This document shows, piece by piece, positions 45,220-54,564 of a DNA stretch of 64,000 bases. A program made the translations under genes and the position numbers. Numbering within the stretch: the first letter of the stretch is position 1; the number at the start of each line of letters is the position of its first letter. The notes beneath the pieces are model-generated. The model saw only the letters and a program-made list of their open reading frames with translations. It had not been told where the DNA came from and did not search any database. The stretch is from an uncultured virus (IMG/VR IMGVR_UViG_3300025132_006659) (taxonomy: Duplodnaviria > Heunggongvirae > Uroviricota > Caudoviricetes), in the IMG/VR virus record IMGVR_UViG_3300025132_006659, one strand, 5' to 3'.

Positions 45220-47037
45220 TTATGATGTAGGGGGAGTTATCTCATAATAATAAATGCCTAACCTTAAGGCACCGGCTGCGGGTTGTGCATTGTATGTTAT
45301 TTTTAATTCGTGGTTACTGGTAAACCATTTGGTGTTGTGCCCAGTAGCATTTGCTGGGTGGTACGATGTAACTAAATTATCACCAGACTGCTCAAGATCG
45401 TTATCACCAAACGTTCCAAAAGAATCATCATCGTTTTGAGTTCCAATTTTTGTTATATGGGGAGAGGTTGCATCTCCACGTGTGATAGCAGTTGTAACTC
45501 TTACACCTAAAGCCATAGGTATCATGTTGACTGTGAAAAAGTTGGGTATGTCTTCACTGTCCGCACTTGTAGTACAAGTATGAGCTATTTCTTTATACTT
45601 TAAGGCCACAATCGAGCCACTAGTACCGACGCTGCTCTCAAATACTTTAGCTATTGTTCCTGAGTCTTTTGTCAAAAGAGAACCAGTCACTGTCAGGCTG
45701 TTGCCATCGAAACTCAAATTGGCTTCTGGTGTAACTGTGCCATCACCATCGTCTGTCAAAACCCTGTTAGCGGTTGCGCCCAAGCCAACCTCAGTCAAAT
45801 CCAGAACCATTGTTCCGCTTGAGGCATCTAATCCAGTTCCAGCCATTGCCGTCGCCATCTCATTGAAAGTCATCTTTTTCGTTGCGGAATCGTCTGCATC
45901 AATAAATACAAGACTATCAGCGTTTGCTGTAGGAGTTGTGGTGGTTAAGTTATTTGCATACAGCTTCAGTCCAGTGGGCGACACAGAAAGACCAGAATTA
46001 GATTCTAGCTTTATTGAGACTCCATCTATAGAATTTATACCGCCGCCATATTCAAGCCCGTTACCGGCGAATGAACCAGTAATTCCTATTTTATTTCCGG
46101 ATATCAAGACAGAACCAGTCACCTGAACATCAACTTCTCCGTTGTTATTAGCCAACCCTGCTCCGGCGATTCCAGTAGCATTACCAAGAGCAATTGCTCC
46201 TGCTTCTACCCTTGTGACGAAGTGCCCAATATTACCAGAGACAACCAAAGAACCAGAAACATTGCCGGTAATTGTCAAAGTCGAACCATCAAATGTCAAA
46301 TTTTCTTCACCATCAATCTGCTCGGAACCCCCAACTGTTATAACTCTATGTGCCGTTTGTCCATTGAATGTAGAAACAACAGGGTCAAAGAGAGCAGCAA
46401 TCGAGTTGGGAGATACCTGCTTTAGTGCAGTAGCATTAGTGTCATAAATCAAAATTTTATCCGCTGCCCCGTCAATACCTCCCGCCGGTGTGCCTAAGGT
46501 GTCAAATTTTATTTCAAGTTCATTACTGCTATAGTTGAGACCAGCGTTGGCTTTCAAAGCAGTCTGTACACCTGTGAGGTTAAAGCCATTACCATAAAAT
46601 GCAGACCCAGAAATATTACCAGATCCCGACAGTGTGCCGTAAAGATTAAATACGCCGTTTTTCGATGCAGCCCCATCTAGTGTCAGGGTTTTGCTGGACC
46701 CGTCAAACGTTAGGGCACTTTCGGCATCTAACTCAGTCGTGGTTGAACCAATTGTTACCAGTTCGTTTGCTGTTGCGCTGTTTATGGCCGTTACAGCACC
46801 GACATTTGTCAAGTTTCTACCATCGCCATAAAAAGCAGAAGCAGAAATGTTAACTGAGGCGCTAATATTTGCTAGTGCTACTAAATCATTAGTAACTCTA
46901 ACGTTAGTACCTGTCAAGTGGGTTATTGTTTTTAGGCCATTTACGGTCTGTGTTGAATGCGTATCGACCACATCTTCAATTGTTCCTTGAGTTGAGCCTT
47001 GAAAGTTTACATTTTTATTAAGAATATTATATGACAT
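45220..47037 (-). CDS. fibre-like virion protein
   Basis: Gly/Ser/Thr-rich; three xEANLTFDG-type repeats, two SAFYGxGxNLT repeats, AGxGL repeats. Confidence 0.7.
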   Translation of the reverse strand: MSYNILNKNVNFQGSTQGTIEDVVDTHSTQTVNGLKTITHLTGTNVRVTNDLVALANISASVNISASAFYGDGRNLTNVGAVTAINSATANELVTIGSTTTELDAESALTFDGSSKTLTLDGAASKNGVFNLYGTLSGSGNISGSAFYGNGFNLTGVQTALKANAGLNYSSNELEIKFDTLGTPAGGIDGAADKILIYDTNATALKQVSPNSIAALFDPVVSTFNGQTAHRVITVGGSEQIDGEENLTFDGSTLTITGNVSGSLVVSGNIGHFVTRVEAGAIALGNATGIAGAGLANNNGEVDVQVTGSVLISGNKIGITGSFAGNGLEYGGGINSIDGVSIKLESNSGLSVSPTGLKLYANNLTTTTPTANADSLVFIDADDSATKKMTFNEMATAMAGTGLDASSGTMVLDLTEVGLGATANRVLTDDGDGTVTPEANLSFDGNSLTVTGSLLTKDSGTIAKVFESSVGTSGSIVALKYKEIAHTCTTSADSEDIPNFFTVNMIPMALGVRVTTAITRGDATSPHITKIGTQNDDDSFGTFGDNDLEQSGDNLVTSYHPANATGHNTKWFTSNHELKITYNAQPAAGALRLGIYYYEITPPTS

Positions 47038-47079
47038 CTAATTTCCTCTGTTTTTGTAATAAATAGATCAAAATGTCTA

Positions 47080-48456
47080 TTATGTTACTATGTCTCTTAA
47101 TTTGGATGACGAATTATAGATCTCAGATATTTGATCAGCAGATAGTTCCTCAGCCCAGTGTGCGAAATCATCAATACCTTCTGCAAACACCTGTGTGTCT
47201 GCCCCATCATAAGCGCCCAACTCTTTTACTGAAGTAGTGACAACGGCGTTAGCTGTTCCAACAAGTGACCCATTGATGTAAAATTTTGAGTTAGTTCCGT
47301 TTGCAACGACTGCCATGTGAACCCAAGTGTTAGAGCCCTCATGTGTTGTCATATCATAGCCTGATCCATAAAACGTTCCGCCACTTGTCTCATTGAAAAC
47401 TCCTAATTCGTCTGAAGTGTTCCAAGTCACCAGTGGATAGTTTTCTGTATTCGCTGGTGAACCGCCCGACTCTTGTCTTAGAATTGCTCCGTAATCAGAA
47501 CCAGTTCTTTTTGAATAAAACCAAAATGCAAATGTATAAACACCACCAAGCAACGGGATTGCTGATTCAAATCTAGCTGGTGCTGTATTTCCGGATGAGC
47601 CGAAATCAATAAAGCCATTTTCGTATTTACCATTGTCTGTGCTAATAGTAGCATTTGTAAACGAGTTATTTCCTATCTGAGAAACAGCAGAAATACCTGA
47701 GAAATATAGTCTTGGGTAAGGGATTGTAACACCACTAGAGCCACCGCTATCAAATACAATAGTTACAAGGGCCTCCTTATCCGAACCAGCAGATTTGCCA
47801 ACCTTTATATGTATCAAATCTCCTTCCGACACAGATTGGTTTAGGCCAGAGAAGATCTTTTGATTGCAGTCAGTTGTTCCACCAGCCATGTTTGACACTT
47901 TTTCAGAAAAATCATCTGCGCCGACTGTTTGATTTACGATTGTTGATCCATAATCTGATTGATTTTTATATATACTTAGTGTTACGTTTCCATCGTTTGC
48001 TGTGCTAAAATTGTTCCCCTTAACAGAAACTATCACCTTGTCGATAGTGGTTGTTTTCGGCACGATAAACCAAGATTTTATACCTGATGCTGCCGAAATA
48101 GATGAAGCATTAATCCAATTGACAGGCTTATTGTTTGTGGTTAAATCAACATGGCCGGTCGCATACTCTAAACCTACACCAGATCCACCGCCTCCACCAG
48201 ACTGTGTCGCCCAACTTAGTTGCCCAGATCCATTTGTTTTTAGAACCTGATCTGCGCTTCCATCTGAGATTGGAAAAGTAAATGCTTCGTTGAATGTAAT
48301 AGAGCCATCTGATCCTGATATTTTCATTCTCAAAGATCCGCTGGTTTCGAAGCCTATATAATCTTCTCCAAAATCAATTTGTGTATTTCTTTCTGTGTCA
48401 TCTGCTGCTTTTAGGTCTCCGATGACTTGAGCCCCTTTTGAATATTTATAAGACAT
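47080..48456 (-). CDS. fibre protein with a C-terminal LamG/concanavalin-A-like domain
   Basis: FPISDGSADQVLKTNGSGQLSW fibre motif; YTFAFWFY...WVHMAVV...KFYINGSL...GIDDFAHW...LSADQISEIYN. Confidence 0.78.
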   Translation of the reverse strand: MSYKYSKGAQVIGDLKAADDTERNTQIDFGEDYIGFETSGSLRMKISGSDGSITFNEAFTFPISDGSADQVLKTNGSGQLSWATQSGGGGGSGVGLEYATGHVDLTTNNKPVNWINASSISAASGIKSWFIVPKTTTIDKVIVSVKGNNFSTANDGNVTLSIYKNQSDYGSTIVNQTVGADDFSEKVSNMAGGTTDCNQKIFSGLNQSVSEGDLIHIKVGKSAGSDKEALVTIVFDSGGSSGVTIPYPRLYFSGISAVSQIGNNSFTNATISTDNGKYENGFIDFGSSGNTAPARFESAIPLLGGVYTFAFWFYSKRTGSDYGAILRQESGGSPANTENYPLVTWNTSDELGVFNETSGGTFYGSGYDMTTHEGSNTWVHMAVVANGTNSKFYINGSLVGTANAVVTTSVKELGAYDGADTQVFAEGIDDFAHWAEELSADQISEIYNSSSKLRDIVT

Positions 48457-48487
48457 TTTTTATCTCCAGAATAATTAGCCCAAAAAT

Positions 48488-48518
48488 AAAAAAGGGCTGG
48501 TGCCCGAAGACACCAACC
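48488..48518 (-). terminator. intrinsic terminator with a cUUCGg loop
   Basis: GGTTGGTGTC-TTCG-GGCACCAGCC followed by CTTTTTT. Confidence 0.85.
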
Positions 48519-48543
48519 ACAATTTGAACAACCCAAGTTTGGA

Positions 48544-50760
48544 TTAGAATACTCTCCATAAATCAGCAGCGACATATACCAATTCAACAGCAGAGAATGG
48601 CGACTCTAAACGAATTGAGGCAGCGCCATCAATTGTTTGAGAACCAGCTTTGTTGATTGTGATATAGCGAGCAGCAGAGCAGTCAGAAGGAGCTTTGACT
48701 TTGACTGATTGCCCAACACTCATTCCAGCAGAAGCAGGAAGAGTCACAGCATCTTCACCATCACTACCCATGTCAGAAAAATAGTTAACACCGACTATGA
48801 GAGTGTCACCATCAGCTTTATTTGCAACAACAGCCGCAGCATCAGACATGTAAACTTTAAGACTATCAAGTCCGATCTTCTTTAGTGTTCCGCCATCAGA
48901 AATCAACATTTCGTCAGCATCAACAGCATCACCAGAAGCTAATTCAGTTTGTCCGCTAATGATATTATCATTAAGCATTCCAGACTCAATAGCATCAGCA
49001 GCAATAGTTAAAGCACCACCGTCAGCAATTGTAGCATCACCAGAAACTTTACCAAAAGCGTGGTTTTGAATACTATCAACACCAACTCTTTTAATAACAC
49101 CACCATCACTGATCATTAACTCATCAGCATCAAGAATATCAGCATGAAGCAACTCGTCTTGACCGGAGATGATGTCATCATTAAGCATGCCATGGTGTAC
49201 AGCAGCAGCAGCAATAGTTAAAACACCAGTATCAGCAATAGTAGCATCACCACTAACCTTATCAACAGTGTACTCAAACATTTTAAGAACATTGGTCTGC
49301 TTCATAGTTCCGTTATCATTATGAATGAATCCGTCACCATCGGCAAGAGCACTAGTTCCACGAGCATTGTCACCATCGCACACTGTATTAACTTCAGCAG
49401 CAGTCGCAGCAATAACTGTTGTTTTAGCGTTTGAATCAGCAAACACAGGCATGTAGTAAGTTCCAGCCGCACCTTGGAACAACTCTAGGGTTGCATCCGC
49501 AGTTGGAGAACCACAAGTCAATATTGTTTCATGAGCATCAGCAGGACCTTCAAATGTAAAAGAACTAGAGATGTTAATTGTAGTAGAATCAATAGTAGTG
49601 GTTGTACCATTAACCTGTAAATCACCAGCGATAACAAACTTTCCAGCTTCCACAGTGGCAACCAAAGAGTCGTTAATTGCGAATTTGATCTCATTGGCAG
49701 TACCAAAATCAATGTATTCTTGATTAGCAGCGGTACCAATCTTGCCCATTGAAGAGTTAATGATAGAAGTAACATTAGTTTGAGCAGCAGCCAAAGTAAT
49801 TGCACCGTTGTTTGCCAAGGTTGCATCTCCACTCATAGTAACAGCAGCAGGGTCACCGTTAGAATCACCCAAGATAAAATTAGCAGAAGCCAAACCAGCC
49901 AATTTAGCCAAAGAAACAGCGTTATTAGCAATAGTCAATGCACCGTTCGCAGCAAGTGTCGCATCGCCACTTAGTGCCACAGAAGCAGGATCACCATTAG
50001 AATCACCAATGATAAACTGACCAGCAGTAATACCAGCCATTTTAGCAAGAGTTACACCATTGTCCTTCAAACGAAGAGTATCAGAGTTGATTTCAATACC
50101 AGAATCGTCAACCTTGACTTCCATTCTTCCTGAATTGTTGCCTAGACCATCACCGGCCACAGCAGCAATAAAGTTACCACCAGATACACTTTTCAATTTA
50201 GAATCGGTCGCATCAAAGAAAACAACACTATCATCACCAAAAGCATAAGTTTCAGTACCAAAACCATCAAGATAGTTTAATTCAGTTGCAGAAGCATCAA
50301 CAGCAGCCAATTTAGTAAAGTCAGCCTTTACCAAACCAGAAACACCATCAAGCAAATTTAATTCAGCAGCAGTAGATGTCATTGCAACACCACCAATTTG
50401 TAAACCACCAGCCTTTGCAACGTTGAAATCAACATCGTTTGCAAGAACAAGAGATTGAGCGGCAAGAGTCATGATGTCTGCGTCCGCATCACAACCAATT
50501 GTTGATGAATTATCAACAGCCAAAGATTTGAGAGCAGTGTCACCATCTGCATCTACAGAAAAACCAGTCATAGTAATGGTACCCATAGTAAGGTCACCAG
50601 TACCGTCGATGGAACTAGCACCAGCAATAGAGCCAGCGTTTGTAATTCCACCAGATTGCAAATTCATTGAATCCGCAGTAAGAGCGTCAACTTCGACTGC
50701 TCCTTCTTGGGTCAATGAACCGGATGCAACATAAGCACCCAATTGAAATTTATAAGCCAT
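48544..50760 (-). CDS. long fibre-like virion protein with SGDATxA repeats
   Basis: Repeats of SGDAT(L/I)AxxGxLTIA, GDSNGDPA and MLNDxIISGQxEL; C-terminal GSQTIDG...LESP domain. Confidence 0.75.
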   Translation of the reverse strand: MAYKFQLGAYVASGSLTQEGAVEVDALTADSMNLQSGGITNAGSIAGASSIDGTGDLTMGTITMTGFSVDADGDTALKSLAVDNSSTIGCDADADIMTLAAQSLVLANDVDFNVAKAGGLQIGGVAMTSTAAELNLLDGVSGLVKADFTKLAAVDASATELNYLDGFGTETYAFGDDSVVFFDATDSKLKSVSGGNFIAAVAGDGLGNNSGRMEVKVDDSGIEINSDTLRLKDNGVTLAKMAGITAGQFIIGDSNGDPASVALSGDATLAANGALTIANNAVSLAKLAGLASANFILGDSNGDPAAVTMSGDATLANNGAITLAAAQTNVTSIINSSMGKIGTAANQEYIDFGTANEIKFAINDSLVATVEAGKFVIAGDLQVNGTTTTIDSTTINISSSFTFEGPADAHETILTCGSPTADATLELFQGAAGTYYMPVFADSNAKTTVIAATAAEVNTVCDGDNARGTSALADGDGFIHNDNGTMKQTNVLKMFEYTVDKVSGDATIADTGVLTIAAAAVHHGMLNDDIISGQDELLHADILDADELMISDGGVIKRVGVDSIQNHAFGKVSGDATIADGGALTIAADAIESGMLNDNIISGQTELASGDAVDADEMLISDGGTLKKIGLDSLKVYMSDAAAVVANKADGDTLIVGVNYFSDMGSDGEDAVTLPASAGMSVGQSVKVKAPSDCSAARYITINKAGSQTIDGAASIRLESPFSAVELVYVAADLWRVF

Positions 50761-50835
50761 ATATTATCCTCCAAATAGACTTAAGGGGACTATGCCCCCT
50801 CACTCATAAATAGAATTCAAAAGTCATAATTGCCA

Positions 50836-51474
50836 TCAATATATGAAGAATTTATCCGTTCCGTTTGAATACAGGTTTACCGATGAATAGGGACTTTCTA
50901 AAACGATTGATGTTTCACCGTCTATTGTCTGAGAACCGCTTGTTTTTATTGTGATATTGTAAGTATTGGCATTTCCTGCCTCGTCTTTTATTAGGAAATA
51001 TTGACCGTCAACGTAAGCCCCTGCTGATGGCAATCTTATTTCTATCGCAACAGATGCAGAAACGCCTATTAGTGTGTCACCAGTAGAGGCTGTTGCTGTT
51101 GCTGTTATTCGTCTTCTGCTGTAGCTTATGCCTCCGACTGATGATGTAACTATAAGATTGCCACTAGAATCTAATCCCAAGTAGCTCCCCGAACCAGCTA
51201 AAGAGCCTGAAATTGGGTTTGTGATTCTAATACCAACTGATGAAGTAAGTCCCGGAACTGTCAGGGCATTAGAACTTACATCAAACGTAAAGCCGCTGTT
51301 AGCGTTGAGGCCTAGTTCTCCACTGATTGTTTTATAAAATGGTATCCTTGTAACAGAAGCGTTCTGTAGGGGAAACTGCTCAACATTTTCTAGCTGTGAT
51401 CCGTCGCCAACAAATGATCCGCTCATTGTCAGACTTACAGCCGATGTGCTCCCGCTTAAAACATTGTAACCCAT
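50836..51474 (-). CDS. short fibre-like virion protein
   Basis: C-terminal IRLPSA...IKDE.G...GSQTIDG...LESPY...KFFIY domain shared with neighbours. Confidence 0.7.
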   Translation of the reverse strand: MGYNVLSGSTSAVSLTMSGSFVGDGSQLENVEQFPLQNASVTRIPFYKTISGELGLNANSGFTFDVSSNALTVPGLTSSVGIRITNPISGSLAGSGSYLGLDSSGNLIVTSSVGGISYSRRRITATATASTGDTLIGVSASVAIEIRLPSAGAYVDGQYFLIKDEAGNANTYNITIKTSGSQTIDGETSIVLESPYSSVNLYSNGTDKFFIY

Positions 51475-51488
51475 AAATTAGCCTCCTG

Positions 51489-52094
51489 CTAATAGATGAA
51501 CCACTTGGAAACACCATCCGAGTATAAACTGAGAGCAGCATTATCTCCAGTGATACCATAATTATCCGCATGGTCTATTTTTTGACCAGAGGAGGCCGTA
51601 ATTCCGATCGCTTTTGGGTTTGTTCTGGTAAAAGACCATTCGTCTTTTATTATAAGAACTCTACCATAAGCGCTTGCTGCCGATGGCAACTTTATAGACA
51701 CAGCCGCACTGGCGCTAACTCCAATTATTGAGTCATAGGCACTAGCTGTGTATGAGGTCGTTGTTAGTCTTTTGTAATGATTCCTAAAAGCACCAGAAAC
51801 TATAGAAACGCTCCCTGTAAAAACATGTGTGTCGCCGCTATCGTTACCAAAATTACTGCTACCCGAAGATTGCAATTCTATTTTATTTGTGTGGATTACG
51901 TCAAACGTAAGTGCTTGAATGGTTCCGCTGATTATCATTGTTCCGGTCAAGAACAGCTTATTTGTGCTTTGATCAAATGTAAATTTAGAACTACCGGTTA
52001 ATTCACCGTTAGTTGCTTTCAAATACTGTATGCTTTTTGCCGGTCCTTCACCAGTTACTGCCCCAGATAAATATGCCCATCCAAAATCTGCCAT
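51489..52094 (-). CDS. short fibre-like virion protein
   Basis: SGSSNFGNDSGDTHVFTGS motif; C-terminal IKLPSA...IKDE...KID...LYSDG.SKWFIY domain. Confidence 0.7.
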   Translation of the reverse strand: MADFGWAYLSGAVTGEGPAKSIQYLKATNGELTGSSKFTFDQSTNKLFLTGTMIISGTIQALTFDVIHTNKIELQSSGSSNFGNDSGDTHVFTGSVSIVSGAFRNHYKRLTTTSYTASAYDSIIGVSASAAVSIKLPSAASAYGRVLIIKDEWSFTRTNPKAIGITASSGQKIDHADNYGITGDNAALSLYSDGVSKWFIY

Positions 52095-52106
52095 AGTTGT
52101 TTCCTA

Positions 52107-52568
52107 CTAAAATGTGCTACAAGCGGCAAAGAGATTAATCTCAGAAGCGTCAGCACAATGAAACGCTACCCTGTCAACTCCGACAATTTCATAAACTCGA
52201 TATGTGCGTTTGTCGGGTGTACAACTGGCAGGAGTAAGATTGGAATCCTCACCGACTATGCTTATTTCCTCTGTTCCGCTTTGAGCAGCATTTGTTCCTC
52301 CGACTCTTGTCATAAGAGGAAACCATCTTTGAAATGCGTGGCAATACCCAAAGACAGTTACAGTTTCGCTGTCGTCTTCATTAGTATCTTCAATCAACAC
52401 ATGCAAGTATCTTTGGTTTTCTGTTGCGTAACCCTGACTTCCAATTGCTGACGTGATTCCTCTTAAATCATCTAAACTCTCAACCGGTGTTACTGTTCCA
52501 CCTTGAGAGCCTGCTATATTTTTTGGGCTTCTTGTCCTGCCCCAACTTGTATACTTATGTACTGACAT
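52107..52568 (-). CDS. hypothetical, probably structural, protein
   Basis: GGAG SD; CTATTTA at 52590-52596; first gene of the fibre block. Confidence 0.7.
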   Translation of the reverse strand: MSVHKYTSWGRTRSPKNIAGSQGGTVTPVESLDDLRGITSAIGSQGYATENQRYLHVLIEDTNEDDSETVTVFGYCHAFQRWFPLMTRVGGTNAAQSGTEEISIVGEDSNLTPASCTPDKRTYRVYEIVGVDRVAFHCADASEINLFAACSTF

Positions 52569-52596
52569 AGTTATTTCTCCAATCTTTTATAAATAG

Positions 52597-52803
52597 TCAT
52601 TTGTTAGCTTTTGCTAATTCCTTTGCTCTTCTTCTATCGGATCTCTTGTTTCTCAATCTTCGCTTATCAGAAGGCTTAGTATACCTTTGACTTTCCTTGT
52701 ATTCGTTTATGATTCCAAGTTTCTTTACTTTCCTATTGAACCTTTTTATAACTCGCTCAATATTTTCGCCCCTTCTAGGCTTTACAACCAGATTTGTTGC
52801 CAT
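52597..52803 (-). CDS. rpsU: 30S ribosomal protein bS21
   Basis: VKPRRGENIERVIKRFNRKVKKLGIINEYKESQRYTKPSDKRR matches the bS21 pattern ExxxxxxxRFKRxxxxxGxxxExxxRxxYxKPSxxR. Confidence 0.9.
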   Translation of the reverse strand: MATNLVVKPRRGENIERVIKRFNRKVKKLGIINEYKESQRYTKPSDKRRLRNKRSDRRRAKELAKANK

Positions 52804-53210
52804 TATTCTTTCCCCATCATTTTTCTAGAAATTGCAAATGATTTTGCATTAAAAATTTCACTTATATCAACTCCGGGATCATTAGGGGCCACATCAGACA
52901 ATGGACCTCTACCGTTTCCAGTTTGAACAGGCGCTGGAGCCGGGGTTGTCCCTTCAAAAAGATCTATTCCGTTGTAAGCATCACGCCCAATAACATCAAG
53001 CAATTTTTTCTTTTTTTGTTTTAAGTGCTTATTGTTTGCCTTGGGTTTGGGCGCATTATAGTTGGATTCTGTTATTGTTTCTTTTCCAGATAAACCAACC
53101 GCAACTTCTTTTATAACATGCGACAAAGCGCCACTTTCTTCAAAAAGCACTTCCTTGATACACTCCTTTATAAGAGGTTTCAAGATTCTCTTTAGTTCAT
53201 TTTTATTCAT
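52803..53210 (-). CDS. hypothetical protein (head gene cluster)
   Basis: Translationally coupled to protease and bS21; leader MNKNELKRILKPLIKECIKE. Confidence 0.75.
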   Translation of the reverse strand: MNKNELKRILKPLIKECIKEVLFEESGALSHVIKEVAVGLSGKETITESNYNAPKPKANNKHLKQKKKKLLDVIGRDAYNGIDLFEGTTPAPAPVQTGNGRGPLSDVAPNDPGVDISEIFNAKSFAISRKMMGKE

Positions 53211-53836
53211 TAGTCTCTCAAAATTTTATCAAAAAGATCGTTAAGTATCAGATCTTTCTTTTCATTAAGTTTGTTTTCACGCATCCTAATGGTTCTGCCC
53301 GAAGCGCTCTGCTCTGGATATATGTAGGCGTCGGGCGTTGATGGTTCCGAAACAATGTCAAAGCAGATTAGTTCAAAGTCTTCTTGCACAACAGTGTTTC
53401 CCATGCTTTCTTTTACAGATCCAAGGCCTCTAGAAGAAATTCCTAATTTTACGCCGTTATTGATAAGATCTTTCAAGATCTTACCAGATGGTGTGTCTAG
53501 GACCTTTATCTTGCCCATTACATCATTTCCTTCCCACCAGATGTCTGTTACCATATGAGAAGCATTTCTAAGATTTATAACCGAGTCATCAGGGTGATCT
53601 AGTTCGCCTAAAGCCCTGTTGTCCTCTATAACTCTTTTGTAATTGTTAATCTCTCTATCAAGAACTTTACACGGGTAGACTCTTCCATTGCCATTCTTTT
53701 TTTCGCATGTCTGAAGTCTACCAGATAAATACAGAACGCCATTTGCCATTTCTCTCTTTTCCCTCTCGGTCAACAGGTCTTGGCAAATACCATCCTTGCA
53801 AAGTTCAAAAAATTCTGTTAATAATTTTTTAGCCAT
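53210..53836 (-). CDS. prohead core protease (T4 gp21-like)
   Basis: NGNGRVYP, ALGELDHP, ASH, GISSRGLGS, FDIVSEPSTPDAY. Confidence 0.95.
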   Translation of the reverse strand: MAKKLLTEFFELCKDGICQDLLTEREKREMANGVLYLSGRLQTCEKKNGNGRVYPCKVLDREINNYKRVIEDNRALGELDHPDDSVINLRNASHMVTDIWWEGNDVMGKIKVLDTPSGKILKDLINNGVKLGISSRGLGSVKESMGNTVVQEDFELICFDIVSEPSTPDAYIYPEQSASGRTIRMRENKLNEKKDLILNDLFDKILRD

Positions 53837-53870
53837 TTTCTTTCCTTATTGCGGGCGTTACCCGCTTGAG

Positions 53871-53924
53871 TCAGCTTCCTGAACAACAACGTCGAACGGG
53901 CTGTAACATCCATTTTTTAGTCAT
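53871..53924 (-). CDS. 17-aa peptide MTKKWMLQPVRRCCSGS
   Basis: GGAG SD at 53931-53934, ATG 53924, TGA 53871-53873; fills the intergenic gap. Confidence 0.55.
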   Translation of the reverse strand: MTKKWMLQPVRRCCSGS

Positions 53925-53925
53925 T

Positions 53926-54249
53926 TTATTCTCCTGATTGTGATCTTACTTGCTGCATGATCATTCCTTTTAACTCACTAGGTAATTCGGGCACTGTATC
54001 ATTGAGAGCCATTTCTAAAGCATTATCAAATGTCTGTGGAAAATCTGCATTTCTTGTATAGTTTTTCACTGAAGATTCAATTTGTGCTTTTTGGTCAACA
54101 GGGATAGCAGTAATCCCATTCAAAACGTTGTTCAAATGATGCATCATGAATGCATTCTTGCTTCTTTGGTCATCATCTCTATTGTAAGACATCATTTCCT
54201 TTAGTTCCCGCTTGATCATTTGCTTAAGTCTTTTGCTTGTTAATTTCAT
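53926..54249 (-). CDS. hypothetical protein with an MKLTSKRLKQMIKREL leader
   Basis: ORF track; shared leader. Confidence 0.7.
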   Translation of the reverse strand: MKLTSKRLKQMIKRELKEMMSYNRDDDQRSKNAFMMHHLNNVLNGITAIPVDQKAQIESSVKNYTRNADFPQTFDNALEMALNDTVPELPSELKGMIMQQVRSQSGE

Positions 54250-54252
54250 CTT

Positions 54253-54564
54253 TTATTCCTTTTTTGTTATTTTAAATCCGGAATCATCCACTACCATAGA
54301 TAGAAAATAAGAAGTCCCAGATGAGATCCAACCGCAAATAAAAAAATTTGCAATTGTGTAATCAAAAGTAAATAGTTCGGTTCCGGCGTTTATCAAAAAA
54401 AGAAAGCATCCTGTCCAAAATCCTACGCAAAGAGGGCAATGAAATAGTGTATTCCATTTTTTACTATAATCTTTTGCCGGCCTTAGGTCTTCAAAAATCT
54501 TGCCATAAACCAAAATAAAGGTCAAGCCATATGAGGCAAGAATAAAATATAGTAAATCCATCAA
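54253..54564 (-). CDS. membrane protein with a CPxCxGFW motif (DUF1360-like)
   Basis: Three hydrophobic segments; LFHCPLCVGFW. Confidence 0.7.
   Translation of the reverse strand: MMDLLYFILASYGLTFILVYGKIFEDLRPAKDYSKKWNTLFHCPLCVGFWTGCFLFLINAGTELFTFDYTIANFFICGWISSGTSYFLSMVVDDSGFKITKKE

Noticed and set aside
53832..53873. Selenocysteine read-through of the TGA after RRCCSGS, with the hairpin as SECIS
   Set aside because: The loop is only about 10 nt from the UGA, shorter than typical bacterial SECIS spacing, and the extension has no recognisable features
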